From Minutocellus sp. GHC0000111 (Eukaryota): a DNA stretch of 64,000 bases. Every line of letters begins with the position of its first letter. Positions within the stretch are counted from its first letter, which is position 1. Under the pieces are notes generated by a model, which worked only from the letters and a program-made list of their open reading frames with translations, had not been told where the DNA came from and did not search any database. Below, in pieces: positions 12,501 through 22,871 of this stretch. The DNA lies in the NCBI GenBank assembly GCA_977018835.1, contig OZ361257.1, positions 62,001 to 126,000 on the forward strand, read 5' to 3'. Both the position numbers and the translations under genes were made by a program.

Positions 12501-13346
12501 ATGAAGATCAATAACGCAACTATCCTGGTCTTGACCACTCTTCTTGCCGCCTCTATGGCCACTGATGACTCGGAAGACACACCCAACCTCCGCAATAAAG
12601 TCAACAACAGCGAGACGGAAGATTCTAAAGATGCATCCAATGCCCAAGCCCGCGACCTAGGCGTTCCTCTTGTATTGAATTTCAACAAAGTCGAATGCAG
12701 AAAGAAGATGGTGGATGTCGAGATTTGCTTCCAAACGGACGATTACCCTAGCGAGAATGTCGTTTGGATTGAAGATGAAGATGGCGAAGTTGGTTTTGAG
12801 ATGGGCCCATTTTCCAAGGCTAACAAGATGTACTGCGAAGAGGAAGAGTTCTGCACTGGAAAGGTGCGTTGGTAGTCTGCAGGGCGGTGTACTTGCATAT
12901 AGTTTGTTCTCCTGTTTTTGGAAGTTTCTTATCGCTCAACGTCTCTCTGCATTTCTTTACTCAAAAAACAGTATTGGCTCTCCATTGACGATAGTTACGG
13001 CGATGGTACTACCCATTCTTACAGTGAGCTCATTGTCCGAACTCGAAAAGAAAAGCTTCTCGACAAAGTCTTGAGCTTCTCTTTCAGCCAATATGGTCCT
13101 CGAAAATTCGTTGTTCCTGAGGATGGCGGTGGATCGAGCAATACAAATACTCGTACCAATACCAACACCAACAACGGAGGTAGCGGCCCCTATGGTTGCT
13201 GCAGTAACTCCAGCGGCACGCACTGCTGCCGGTGCTGCAAGGATGAGTGTGCCAAGCAGTACAAACATCTGGGCACTGCTGCAAAAAATGACTGTAAGAG
13301 AAATGTCTGCCGCTCGTTCTATGGTAGGCCAGCTTGCAAGGACTAG
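12501..13346 (+). CDS. Secreted protein with DSYGDG-type beta domain and Cys-rich C-terminus; exons 12501-12863, 12972-13346
   Basis: Signal peptide; FQTDDYPSE and IDDSYGDG motifs; GTGCGT...CAG intron. Confidence 0.75.
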
Positions 13347-13577
13347 GGATAGAAACTTGGACTGTGCAGAATTAGAACTTTCCCTCCTTTATTTGTTATC
13401 AAAGCTCGCGGATGAATGCCAACATGATACTCCGGAACCTGTACTTGTATGAAACCAAAACCAAAAACTGATCAGTGCGATGAAGAAACGACTATAGAAA
13501 AGAAGTAAATTTAAAGCGCCAGGACATTGAAATCCCACAGCAAATAAAATATACAACGTGCCAACATCGTTTGCGAT

Positions 13578-14147
13578 CTACAATTTGGATTTCGGATCGA
13601 AACTATCCTTCTCATCATACAATGGGCCTCGCAAGTGCTCTTTGAATCTATCGGCATTCATTACATAGTGCTTCGCGCTCTCTTTCAGTCCTTCAATCTG
13701 CTCCTCGCTCAGCTGCTTCACAACCTTTCCCGGAGATCCAATGACCAAGCTATTATCTGGTATCGACTTGTTCTCCGGTATCAAGGTGTGGGCACCGATA
13801 ACGCAATTCTTTCCGATGACGCTGTTGTTGAGAACTGTAGCGCCGATACCAATAAGTGTGTTATCTCCGATGGTACAACCGTGCAACATGGCTTGATGGC
13901 CGACGGTAACTCCATCTCCAATAGTCAAAGGCACTCCTGCGTCAGAATGCAAAACGCTGCCATCTTGAATGTTTGTTCGAGTGCCAATGGTGATTGGCTC
14001 TGGCTGGTCGCCGCGCACTGTCGCCCCAAACCAAATCGAGGCGTGCTCTTTCATGATGACGTTGCCAACGACGGCGGCATTTGGTGCCACCCAGCACGAG
14101 CTGGCGATCTTTGGTACCAACGATCCGAGAGAGTAGACGCCTTTCAT
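13578..14147 (-). CDS. Gamma-carbonic-anhydrase-like hexapeptide-repeat protein (YrdA/CaiE family)
   Basis: IWFGATVRGD, TNIQDGSVLH, VTVGHQAMLHGCTIG with three His ligands; left-handed beta-helix repeats. Confidence 0.9.
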   Translation of the reverse strand: MKGVYSLGSLVPKIASSCWVAPNAAVVGNVIMKEHASIWFGATVRGDQPEPITIGTRTNIQDGSVLHSDAGVPLTIGDGVTVGHQAMLHGCTIGDNTLIGIGATVLNNSVIGKNCVIGAHTLIPENKSIPDNSLVIGSPGKVVKQLSEEQIEGLKESAKHYVMNADRFKEHLRGPLYDEKDSFDPKSKL

Positions 14148-14463
14148 CGTGTTTCGGGTACTCTACGACAAATGACTAATTGTGTATCAACGACCACCTT
14201 GATTCGAGGGATATCAGGCGAAATGAAAGGTCTGCTGCTGAGACGTCAGCAGCAGGAGCCAACAGTGCCATCGCCGTCAGCAGTCGCTGGCCGAAAAGAT
14301 CCAAGGTGGACGTACGCGGACAGACGGTTTTTCTCATCAGTTTTGGTCTGCTCTGGCTACCTAGCTCTAGCTAGCTAGAGGGTACAGTACAATTGCATGT
14401 AAAGCAGGTGCGAAGACTTGCCGACCAGATTAGCTTGTATAATCAACAGTTCGTGCAATCAAC

Positions 14464-15441
14464 ATGGGCAAATACTCTGCACTCAACACGTCATCACGCG
14501 ACGAATATCTGTCACTAACTGGCGGCAAAACCTACATTCGTTGGGATTTGCCTCGCCATGCTGATGAGGACAACAAAGATTCGTTCGAAGATTCGACAGC
14601 AATGACGAACGCCGTTCCATCTCGACAACTGCCAACAATCCTGCTTCTTCACGGCGCGACTGTCCCAAGTTGGCAATTCGACCTACTTGTACCTTATCTA
14701 TTGGAAGCAACCAGATGCCGAATCCTACGAATCGATCTTTTTGGCCACGGTAATTCTTCGATGCTACCAAACAACAATGCCAAGTTCGACATGTCGCTCT
14801 TTGTCGAGCAAGTTCGGGAGGTATTGCACATGTTGGTTGATAGGGGAGATATTTCCCCAAGCTCTGATATCTATGCACTTGGACATTCGCTCGGCGCAGC
14901 AGTGATGGCTGGTGTGGCCTCATCAGTAGCCCCAAATGTCAACATTCGAAAGGTTGTGCTCTGTGCCCCAATGCTGAACTTCATAGAATTGCAGCCACAT
15001 ATGAAGCTGCTGTCGGTTCCTCTTTTGGGGGAAGCACTAATGAGCTGTGTGATAGTTCCATATCTCCAACGGCGGCGGACCAAACGATATGGTGCCATCG
15101 GCTGCCATCATCTTGGAGAAAGATTCGTTGAGCAGACCAAAGAACCAGGTCATTCTCAAGCATTGCTTGGTCTGTTCCGAGATGGTTGCCTTGAAGACCA
15201 GAGTAATTTGTATCGGGATTTAGCTTATGCTAGTAGTAATGCTTCAGTCATGATAATGTTTGGTTCCGAGGATAGTGTGGCAAGCGAAGGTCAGATACGC
15301 CGAAAATTTGGCATGATTGGAAACGAAAAGGGATTGAACGTCCGTTGGGAATGCTTCGAGGGTTTGGAGCACAACCTTTTGCTCAGCCATCCCGAACTTT
15401 GTGCCAAAACAATATCGGACTTCTTTTCGCAGCAAATATAA
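14464..15441 (+). CDS. Alpha/beta-fold hydrolase
   Basis: LLLHG, DLFGHGNS, GHSLG nucleophile elbow, GSED acid, EHNL His. Confidence 0.9.
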   Translation: MGKYSALNTSSRDEYLSLTGGKTYIRWDLPRHADEDNKDSFEDSTAMTNAVPSRQLPTILLLHGATVPSWQFDLLVPYLLEATRCRILRIDLFGHGNSSMLPNNNAKFDMSLFVEQVREVLHMLVDRGDISPSSDIYALGHSLGAAVMAGVASSVAPNVNIRKVVLCAPMLNFIELQPHMKLLSVPLLGEALMSCVIVPYLQRRRTKRYGAIGCHHLGERFVEQTKEPGHSQALLGLFRDGCLEDQSNLYRDLAYASSNASVMIMFGSEDSVASEGQIRRKFGMIGNEKGLNVRWECFEGLEHNLLLSHPELCAKTISDFFSQQI

Positions 15442-15489
15442 AGTTATAGTATCGGGCTTGTAGAACAAATCAAAATACATAATTAGTAT

Positions 15490-16359
15490 TTACATGACAA
15501 GAGAAGCCATGGCAATTGCAACAATAGTGGAGCCGACGGCGGCTCCGATTTTGGGGGAAGCGGCGGAAGTAGTCGCCGGGCAGCCGTAAGCATACCCGCC
15601 GCTATAGTCGATGCCGCAGTGGGCATCGCAGAATGCACCGCACTGCCCAGCGAACTGCATGGGCTGCTGGGGGGTCGCTTCGGTCTCGCAGCTGCTGCAC
15701 TCGCACGACGTTGTCTTCTTGCTGCACGGCGTGAGAGGCGAGTATTCGTTGTGGCAGGAGAAATCTGATCCAGCACCCTGCCCACACTCACTGACGCAGT
15801 AGTCGGCGCACTCCGCGTCGGTTTCGGCAGCGGTGTACGTGATGCGCTGGGTTGGGTCGCAGTTCTGGCTCATTTCTCCGGTGGCGCTGGCGCAGTAGCA
15901 TCTGGACTCGTGCGTTCTGGCGCAACTCGCTGTAATGGTGACGGGAGGGGGCATCTGGTCAGTCATATCAGACGTATCAGCCATGTCGTTGGTCGATGAC
16001 GTTTCGGTGGTGGTGGTAGTCGTAGTCGTAGAGGACGACGAAGTAACGCAGGGATTGGCAGCATTGACCTCGCTCATGTCGCATCCAAGATCGGCGGAAG
16101 GTTCGATGAAGGTCTCGCCTCCACTGGAATCAGTGATGATGCACCCAGGACATGCCGATGCTGTGATGGAAAACATAGTCATACCTCCCATGTTCTCGTC
16201 CACTTTGCCATCGCCCATTAGGCAACCGGCAGAGAGCGTCACGTCGGTCGACGTGGTGGAATACAATGCACCGGCGCCGATGGTACCTGCGCAAGTAGCA
16301 TCGATGTTTCCGGGAGCCGAGACGAACAGGGCAGCAGTAAGAGCGAACGAGAAACGCAT
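15490..16359 (-). CDS. Secreted Cys-rich, Thr-linker surface protein, possibly GPI-anchored
   Basis: N-terminal signal MRFSFALTAALFVSA; repeated Cys modules; hydrophobic C-terminal tail. Confidence 0.75.
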   Translation of the reverse strand: MRFSFALTAALFVSAPGNIDATCAGTIGAGALYSTTSTDVTLSAGCLMGDGKVDENMGGMTMFSITASACPGCIITDSSGGETFIEPSADLGCDMSEVNAANPCVTSSSSTTTTTTTTETSSTNDMADTSDMTDQMPPPVTITASCARTHESRCYCASATGEMSQNCDPTQRITYTAAETDAECADYCVSECGQGAGSDFSCHNEYSPLTPCSKKTTSCECSSCETEATPQQPMQFAGQCGAFCDAHCGIDYSGGYAYGCPATTSAASPKIGAAVGSTIVAIAMASLVM

Positions 16360-16641
16360 GGTGTGATGGTGTCGAAGAATAATGTAGCTAATGAGATGTG
16401 TGTGGGCCAAGATACTGCTGGCCGTGAGATTGTGCTGATGACTGTCGTTTCATCAGCAGCAAGGACACATTAGGAGGCCATCGATGAGGCGAGGCGACGC
16501 GCTTTTAAATTTTCGCGGCGGACAGACGAAAGATCTTTAGATGTTTGATCGATTGATCTGACCTTGCTCTGCCTTGACTGCCAACAGGTACCGGTACGTG
16601 TATTCGCCGCCAACAGAAACTACGTACAAGAAACCACAACC

Positions 16642-17070
16642 ATGGGCCTGCTGAAGCACGCAGTCCTTCCCTTCTTCGCCCTCATCAATGCCTTCCTCGC
16701 GTACAAGGCCTTGGTCGAGGAAGATTTCGGCATTTTTGAGCTTGACAACTTCGGACGCGATCTTTCTCAGTTTCCACCTACGACCGTCGAAAAGCACCTG
16801 CTCGATGCATTGGGAGCAACCTGCGTATGCTTTCTGATCAATTGCCTCGCCGCGATGTTTGTGGAGAATTCGCACTACCGAGGAATGGTGGTGGGTCTCC
16901 AAACGCTATTCTTTGCCATTGACGCCATGTCGTACATGAAGCTTGGAATTGACATTCCCGCCATTGTCTATGTGTGTGTTGCAGCCGGCATCGTTGGACT
17001 TGTCGTTCATGCCAACGAGCCCGGTATTTTCACAAAAGACCATGATGCAGGACGGAAAAAGTCAAAGTAG
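16642..17070 (+). CDS. Small multi-pass membrane protein with dilysine-like ER-retrieval tail
   Basis: About four hydrophobic segments; C-terminal RKKSK. Confidence 0.7.
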   Translation: MGLLKHAVLPFFALINAFLAYKALVEEDFGIFELDNFGRDLSQFPPTTVEKHLLDALGATCVCFLINCLAAMFVENSHYRGMVVGLQTLFFAIDAMSYMKLGIDIPAIVYVCVAAGIVGLVVHANEPGIFTKDHDAGRKKSK

Positions 17071-17453
17071 GGCACGTCAGGATTGCTGAATGTTTTTGAT
17101 CTTGTCTTACAACTCACAATAGCAGGAAAGAGTCGAAACATATTTTCTGGAAACAATCGTGTAGGACAACTTGGTGCAAAGGAAGCTGGGCATCCATGAG
17201 CATTGCTTGTTGTCCTATATACCTTCGATCAGAGTAACAAACAGAGCAACTAATAAATCATTTGCTTTATACTCTTATGCGATACGCGCACATTACTGAT
17301 TCATTCATGAAAGCTTTCGTTCTCCATCGTACTTATATCCGCTGTCATCGACAATACCATTGAAGAAGCCATGTACGTGCAATATTGACATCACTATCTC
17401 GTCTCATCGTGAATCTCACCCCGCCTACTTTGCAAGCTTCAAACCGCGTGCAC

Positions 17454-17923
17454 TCATGAAGTTCTAATCGCTTGAAATCCGATCAAATGCTCCAGATGCC
17501 TTCTTGGCTTGGAATTTGGCCATATCTCCTCGAATGTGGGATAGTCTGGCGGAAATGTCGGAAAGACATCCTTGCTGGGATCGTAATCCACCTTGCCATA
17601 ATCGAATGACGTTGGCACTGCCGTATCTTCCTCTTCCTCGACGGCAGGAGCAGCGGGAGCAGCGGCGGGAGGTGCGGGAGGGGCTCCCCACGAAGGAGGC
17701 CCGGCGGCTGGGGCAGGAGCTGGCGCAGGCGCAGCCGGTGCAGGAGCTGGCGCTGGTGCGGCACCACCTCCACCTTGCATCTGACGCATGTATAGGCGTC
17801 CATTCCTCCGTTTCCCATCTTAACGACAAGATTGGACGACGACGATGCGCTGTCTGGAAGAACAAAGGCAGACACAGAAGCACCAATGGCGCCCAGCAGC
17901 AGAAGAGAAAGGTTCGACTTCAT
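17454..17923 (-). pseudogene. Plastid-targeted Pro/Ala-rich small protein, frameshifted near 17790
   Basis: MKSNLSLLLLGAIGASVSA-FVLP presequence; after GGMDAY the sense continues in another frame (MRQMQGGGGAAPAPAP...). Confidence 0.6.
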
Positions 17924-18154
17924 AATTGATTGATTTATGTTCAAGATATGTGCACTTGGCAATAAACAATGCGCCAGCAGTTGCAAGCAAGTCAAGATGC
18001 GTTCGAAGAATTAGGGTTCGAATGAGAAAGAAGATTTTTAAGATTTTCATTGCCGAATTTGTCTGTCCTTCGTGCGATTCTACGTACGCCTCATCGTACG
18101 TAGCAGCCAACCGTTTCACCGATTTCGTCTCTGCGTCATTTCTCACGGCAAACA

Positions 18155-19843
18155 ATGAGGAGGAGCAACAGGAAAAGCGACGGCAGTAGAACACGGCACC
18201 TGACCATGGTGGCGATGGTTGTTTCCTCTACCCGATTCACTGGTCGCCTGCCCGCGGTATCTGCGTTTACCATCTCTTCATCGGCTCAGAAAAGACCTCG
18301 TACAGGTACCGGCAGAAGCGTCGTGGTTCGGCATGCGTCATCGTCTGCTGAAGACAATTTTGTACCCTACTTTGACCGCATCGGACGGCCACGCACAGTC
18401 CTAGCACCAATGGTGTCGCAATCCGACCTCCCCTTCCGCTTATTGTGTCGCAAGTACGGCTCCGAGTTGGCATACACCCAAATGATCCATGCCAAGAATT
18501 ACGGTCTGAGCGAGGACTTTCGCGCCAACCATTTGGACGTGTATGCGCCCGGTCAAGTTATTGATGAAACTGTGCTCAGCGGTTCTCAGTTGAATTGTTT
18601 GGATGGTCTTGGTCGGGATTTCGGACCTGGTGGCTTTGAGAGGTATAAACATCGAATGATGGCCGAGGACGGATATGCCGAAAACCATGTGTGCTTTGTC
18701 AATCCAGTTTCGTCAATTGCCTATCCCGACGAAGGACCTGTGGTGGTTCAGCTTGCCGGTCATGATCCCACGCTGGTCTCTGATGCTGCACTGGATATTG
18801 TGGAAAGAACGCAGGGGAAAATTGCCGGCATCGATCTCAATTGAGGCTGTCCACAAAAGATTGCTCGAAGTGGACGGTACGGTGCCTTCCTGCACGAAGA
18901 GGAGCCCGAATTGTACTGCGGCGTGCTCGCCAAGATGCGGCAGACTCTCCCGCAAAGCATCGGCGTTTCGGCAAAGATTCGACTGCCCATTGATGAAACG
19001 CAGCTCAAGGAACGCATCGAGCGCATCGTCCATTCTGGCGTCGACCTCATCACCGTGCATGGCCGTACACTCAAGGAAAATAAGACCAAGGTAGAGCACG
19101 CGAATTGGGATGCCATTGCGCTAGCAGCCCAAATTGCCAGGGAATGCAGTGGCAACCCTGACTTCCCGGTGATTGCCAACGGTGGCATCGAGTGTGGGTC
19201 GGATGTGCAAAAGTGTTTGGACCACACCGGCGCCAGTGCCGTCATGAGTTCTGAGTCTTTACTGGAGAACCCGGCATTGTTTGCCACGAGTGGACCGTAT
19301 GCTGTGGACGACACCGAGTTGTCACCTCGGCAGCTATTTGAACGGAAATTGAATTTGGTCGACGAGTATCTAGACTTGTCTGAGCTCTATCCTCCGGTAC
19401 CTGGTTCGCTTGGAAAGGTCGGTGGTAGTTACAACGTCGTTCGGTCGCATGCATTTAAGATCATTTATCGATATCTTGAAGAGCGCCCTGAGATTCGAAC
19501 CAAGCTTGCCGACAACTCTGTGGTTTCCATATCTGCAACTAGACAAATACTGAAAGAACTACGCGCAAGTTATGAAGAGTTGAGTGATTCGGAATGGCGA
19601 GACTGCAAATCAGGCAAGATGGGATCCAGCTGGTACAGGAGGCATCGAGAGGCCGCCACGAGAGTTCATCGACGTGGTGGACATGGGTCCAATGCAGGAA
19701 GCCTCAATGAGGTAACGTCGACGGAAGAAAAAAAGCGAATCATGAAGGAGCGTTTGCGCAAGCTCAAGGAGCAGAAGGAAAGCAGGTTGGGTGGATTACC
19801 GCGTGTCGAGGTTGGTGAAAAGAAAAGCAGCTTGGTGGGTTGA
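18155..19843 (+). CDS. DUS1: tRNA-dihydrouridine synthase (DUS1-like) with an in-frame TGA at 18842-18844
   Basis: LAPMVSQSDLPFRLLCRKYG, YTQM, VQLAG, IDLN*GCPQKIARSGRYGAFL, SAKIR, TVHGR, IANGG; both ORFs share a frame. Confidence 0.85.
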
Positions 19844-20280
19844 TTGAATGAAATGCTATGGTGTGATTACATGTAGTGCGACGACGTAGATCTACTACGG
19901 TAGCTACGTAGCTAGTATAAAGCGTCACGTCGCGTGTCGTATCAAAAAAGGACCGCAATCAGTCACTCTGTGTGGCTCGATCGTCTGTCCTCAACAAACT
20001 ATTACCGCCGACGTCGCGGCGAACACGAACGATCGACTTCATTTTATTTGCGTGCACATCTCGACGATCCGATTCGAAAACCCATTGCCGGAAGCAAAAA
20101 GTGTTCTGGGCTCGTTGAGTTCGTAAGTACTAGTAGTAGAAGAAGACAAGGCCAGGGCCTATTTGCCACATCATCGTTGAAACGAACAACGAGGAACGCA
20201 TACATACAAACGCAACGCGAAGCCTCTCGTCTTGGCATAGCACATAAAGGGAACAACCCTGGACTAGCGCCAAAACAAGC

Positions 20281-22773
20281 ATGAGCGACCGCGATCCGAA
20301 CCGTAACTTGAACCTGCATGCCATATTGGCCAAGGTCGACGAGGCCGGCACGTCGAATACTCGTGACCAGCAGCAACAGCAGGGCGAAGAGAAGGCCGAT
20401 GCCGACGATCAGCACATGGCGCAGGCAGCTCGGCTGACCAGCCTCGATCAGCAGCTACCGCATTCTTCCTCTGGCCGGATGTTCGGCGAACACGACGAGC
20501 ACGATCTCGATGAGGATGAAATCGTCGGGGACGACGGGGAGCAAATGGCTTCCATGCCTCCCAGCTCACTCTTTGCCTATGCGTCGGGATCTCTGAATCC
20601 AACTTCGAGTGGCTGTCATAGGCCGGCGGTCGCGATGAACTCGTCGTCATCATCACTCGATTATGCACCGACATCAGCCCAAGCGCAGCATGAAAGCCAG
20701 CGGTCACTGCCGCCAAGTGGCCAGCAGAGGGCGGCGACGGCAGCGGCGGGAAGCGCCCGCTCTCTCTTTGGAGATGCGCCCATCTCCCTCAATTCCATCT
20801 TGGATTCTCTTCCGATTCCAGGAGTCGGCCGTGCGGGCGGTCGGCGTGGATCGAGTGATGATATCGGCGGTGACCACGAGGTCCAAGGCCAAGCAGAGAC
20901 TGGAGCAGCCGGTGCCGCCGATGCCAATGCATCTGGACGGAGTCATCCAACATCCATCACCAACTCCAACTCGGCCACCGGAGATCATGGGGATCACGCC
21001 AACGCCGACGACGACGTGTCCAACATATCCATCCCCTCTGCCATCCTCAACGCCAAGTCCACCAACGATGTCAAGATTGCCACCTACCGGTCCAAAATCA
21101 ACGACCTCATGGCCTCGCACGAGGCCGAAAGTCGGGAGCTCCGTCAAACCATTGACGACCTCGAGCGCGACAACGCCAACCTCACCGAACGGATCGATGT
21201 CCTTCTCGAAGACATTGATGACAAGCATGCCATATCGGAATACGCGCAGTACATCATGGCCTCCCGCGCCAACTCCAGCTCCAGCAGTTCCGTCGTCGCT
21301 GCACCCGAGTCGGCGTATGTCCTCCGTCTCCAATCGCAGCTGACCAAAGCCATGCACAAGATGGGCGTTCTGAGCAATCAGATTGATCTGCTCCAACAAC
21401 AGTCCGACGATGCCATCGCCGACTTACGGGATCAGATGATGGTCCAGACCAACGACCATGCCGAGATGGAGCGACAGTGCCTCAACGACCTGGTCGACAT
21501 GGAACGGGACATGAGACGAATGCGCCAACGGTTCGAGGAAGAGCTGACCAAACGCAAGGAGGAGAGCCGGACCAAGATTCACAAGCTCAAGGACGACGCC
21601 CGTCGTTGGCGGGACGTTGCCGAAGATTTGAAGAGAGACAACCAGGCTCTCAAGAAGGCTAACGCCAAGGCTTCAGCTGCTGCTGCCAAGATGAGCCTTC
21701 AGGAGAAGGACGATGCCACCACTGAGTCGGTCGTTTCCAACAAGATGCTACTCGATATGCAGATGGAGATCATCCGCCTGAAGAAGGCCCACGTCGCCGA
21801 GATCAAAATGCTCCGCGAGCAGGCTTCCGTCAAGTATGCTGGTGATGGAAGCGTCGTCAGTGCAGGAGCCGTCGCTGCCGTCCCTACCGAATACCAAGAT
21901 CGACGCGGATCTCTCGACTCCGTCGCCACGGCAATGTCGGCAGCCACCGCTCAGGTGAGCAATGTCAGCGCCAAGGACTACTACCACTCCCGGGGACGAC
22001 CTGTTCCATCGTCCGTCGCGACTGGCAGTGCGAAGTCCTTGTCGCCGTCGATACCTCCCATCGATGAGGATGTTGAGTCCCAAGACAGAAGTCAAGAGGT
22101 TGTAGAACTCCAAAACAGGCTGATGGAACTGGCCGAGCATGAAGCTCCTCCCCCGATGCCTACCATTGTCGAGGCCAAGAAGAAGAGAAGTACAAGGAAA
22201 ATGATGACGTCTGCCCTCACAAGTGGCACGGCCACTACCTCGTCCGCAGCTGCTATAGCAGCCAAAAGCCGACTGAAATATGGCGGAGGAAGGCAGGCAT
22301 CATCAGCATCCATCGCCTCCAAAGTGGGACGACGGCGAAAAGAGCCGTCAAGGGAGATCAGAAGCGCGACAGACGAAATATCGGAAGCTGCCACTTCCAC
22401 CACGTCCTCCAAGAGCCGGCATAGTGGCGCTAGAAAGCTTGATGGTCCCAGAGCTAATGCCCAAATGTCCAGAGCGCGGAAGCCCACGGCCCGTCCTCGC
22501 TCCGCATCTCCCATCGCCCATGCTCCTTCAGAATCCAATATCCACGACTTTCACCATTCTGATCCTTCTGTTATTTATGTCCCAACGGAGAAAAACACGA
22601 GAGATGAAGTGCCGAATGAGAAACCCAACACTGTCAAGATGCCGCACAACAATACCGACAACGAGTCAAAGCCTTCTGCCAAGAAACTCAATAGTGGATC
22701 GCCAGGAGATAGTCCAACTGTACCACTCGTTACTCTTCCCGAGAGAAGATCTTCCATCGGTCGAGTGGCATAA
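20281..22773 (+). CDS. Coiled-coil protein of unknown function (830 aa)
   Basis: Long ORF with a heptad-rich central region and disordered termini. Confidence 0.75.
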   Translation: MSDRDPNRNLNLHAILAKVDEAGTSNTRDQQQQQGEEKADADDQHMAQAARLTSLDQQLPHSSSGRMFGEHDEHDLDEDEIVGDDGEQMASMPPSSLFAYASGSLNPTSSGCHRPAVAMNSSSSSLDYAPTSAQAQHESQRSLPPSGQQRAATAAAGSARSLFGDAPISLNSILDSLPIPGVGRAGGRRGSSDDIGGDHEVQGQAETGAAGAADANASGRSHPTSITNSNSATGDHGDHANADDDVSNISIPSAILNAKSTNDVKIATYRSKINDLMASHEAESRELRQTIDDLERDNANLTERIDVLLEDIDDKHAISEYAQYIMASRANSSSSSSVVAAPESAYVLRLQSQLTKAMHKMGVLSNQIDLLQQQSDDAIADLRDQMMVQTNDHAEMERQCLNDLVDMERDMRRMRQRFEEELTKRKEESRTKIHKLKDDARRWRDVAEDLKRDNQALKKANAKASAAAAKMSLQEKDDATTESVVSNKMLLDMQMEIIRLKKAHVAEIKMLREQASVKYAGDGSVVSAGAVAAVPTEYQDRRGSLDSVATAMSAATAQVSNVSAKDYYHSRGRPVPSSVATGSAKSLSPSIPPIDEDVESQDRSQEVVELQNRLMELAEHEAPPPMPTIVEAKKKRSTRKMMTSALTSGTATTSSAAAIAAKSRLKYGGGRQASSASIASKVGRRRKEPSREIRSATDEISEAATSTTSSKSRHSGARKLDGPRANAQMSRARKPTARPRSASPIAHAPSESNIHDFHHSDPSVIYVPTEKNTRDEVPNEKPNTVKMPHNNTDNESKPSAKKLNSGSPGDSPTVPLVTLPERRSSIGRVA

Positions 22774-22871
22774 TTCCATAGAAATAAAAAAAATTAGGTA
22801 TTAGACGTGAACTTTCTTAATATGCTGTCCTACTTATCGAAATCAATGTGACCATGTAGATATGTGGATAA

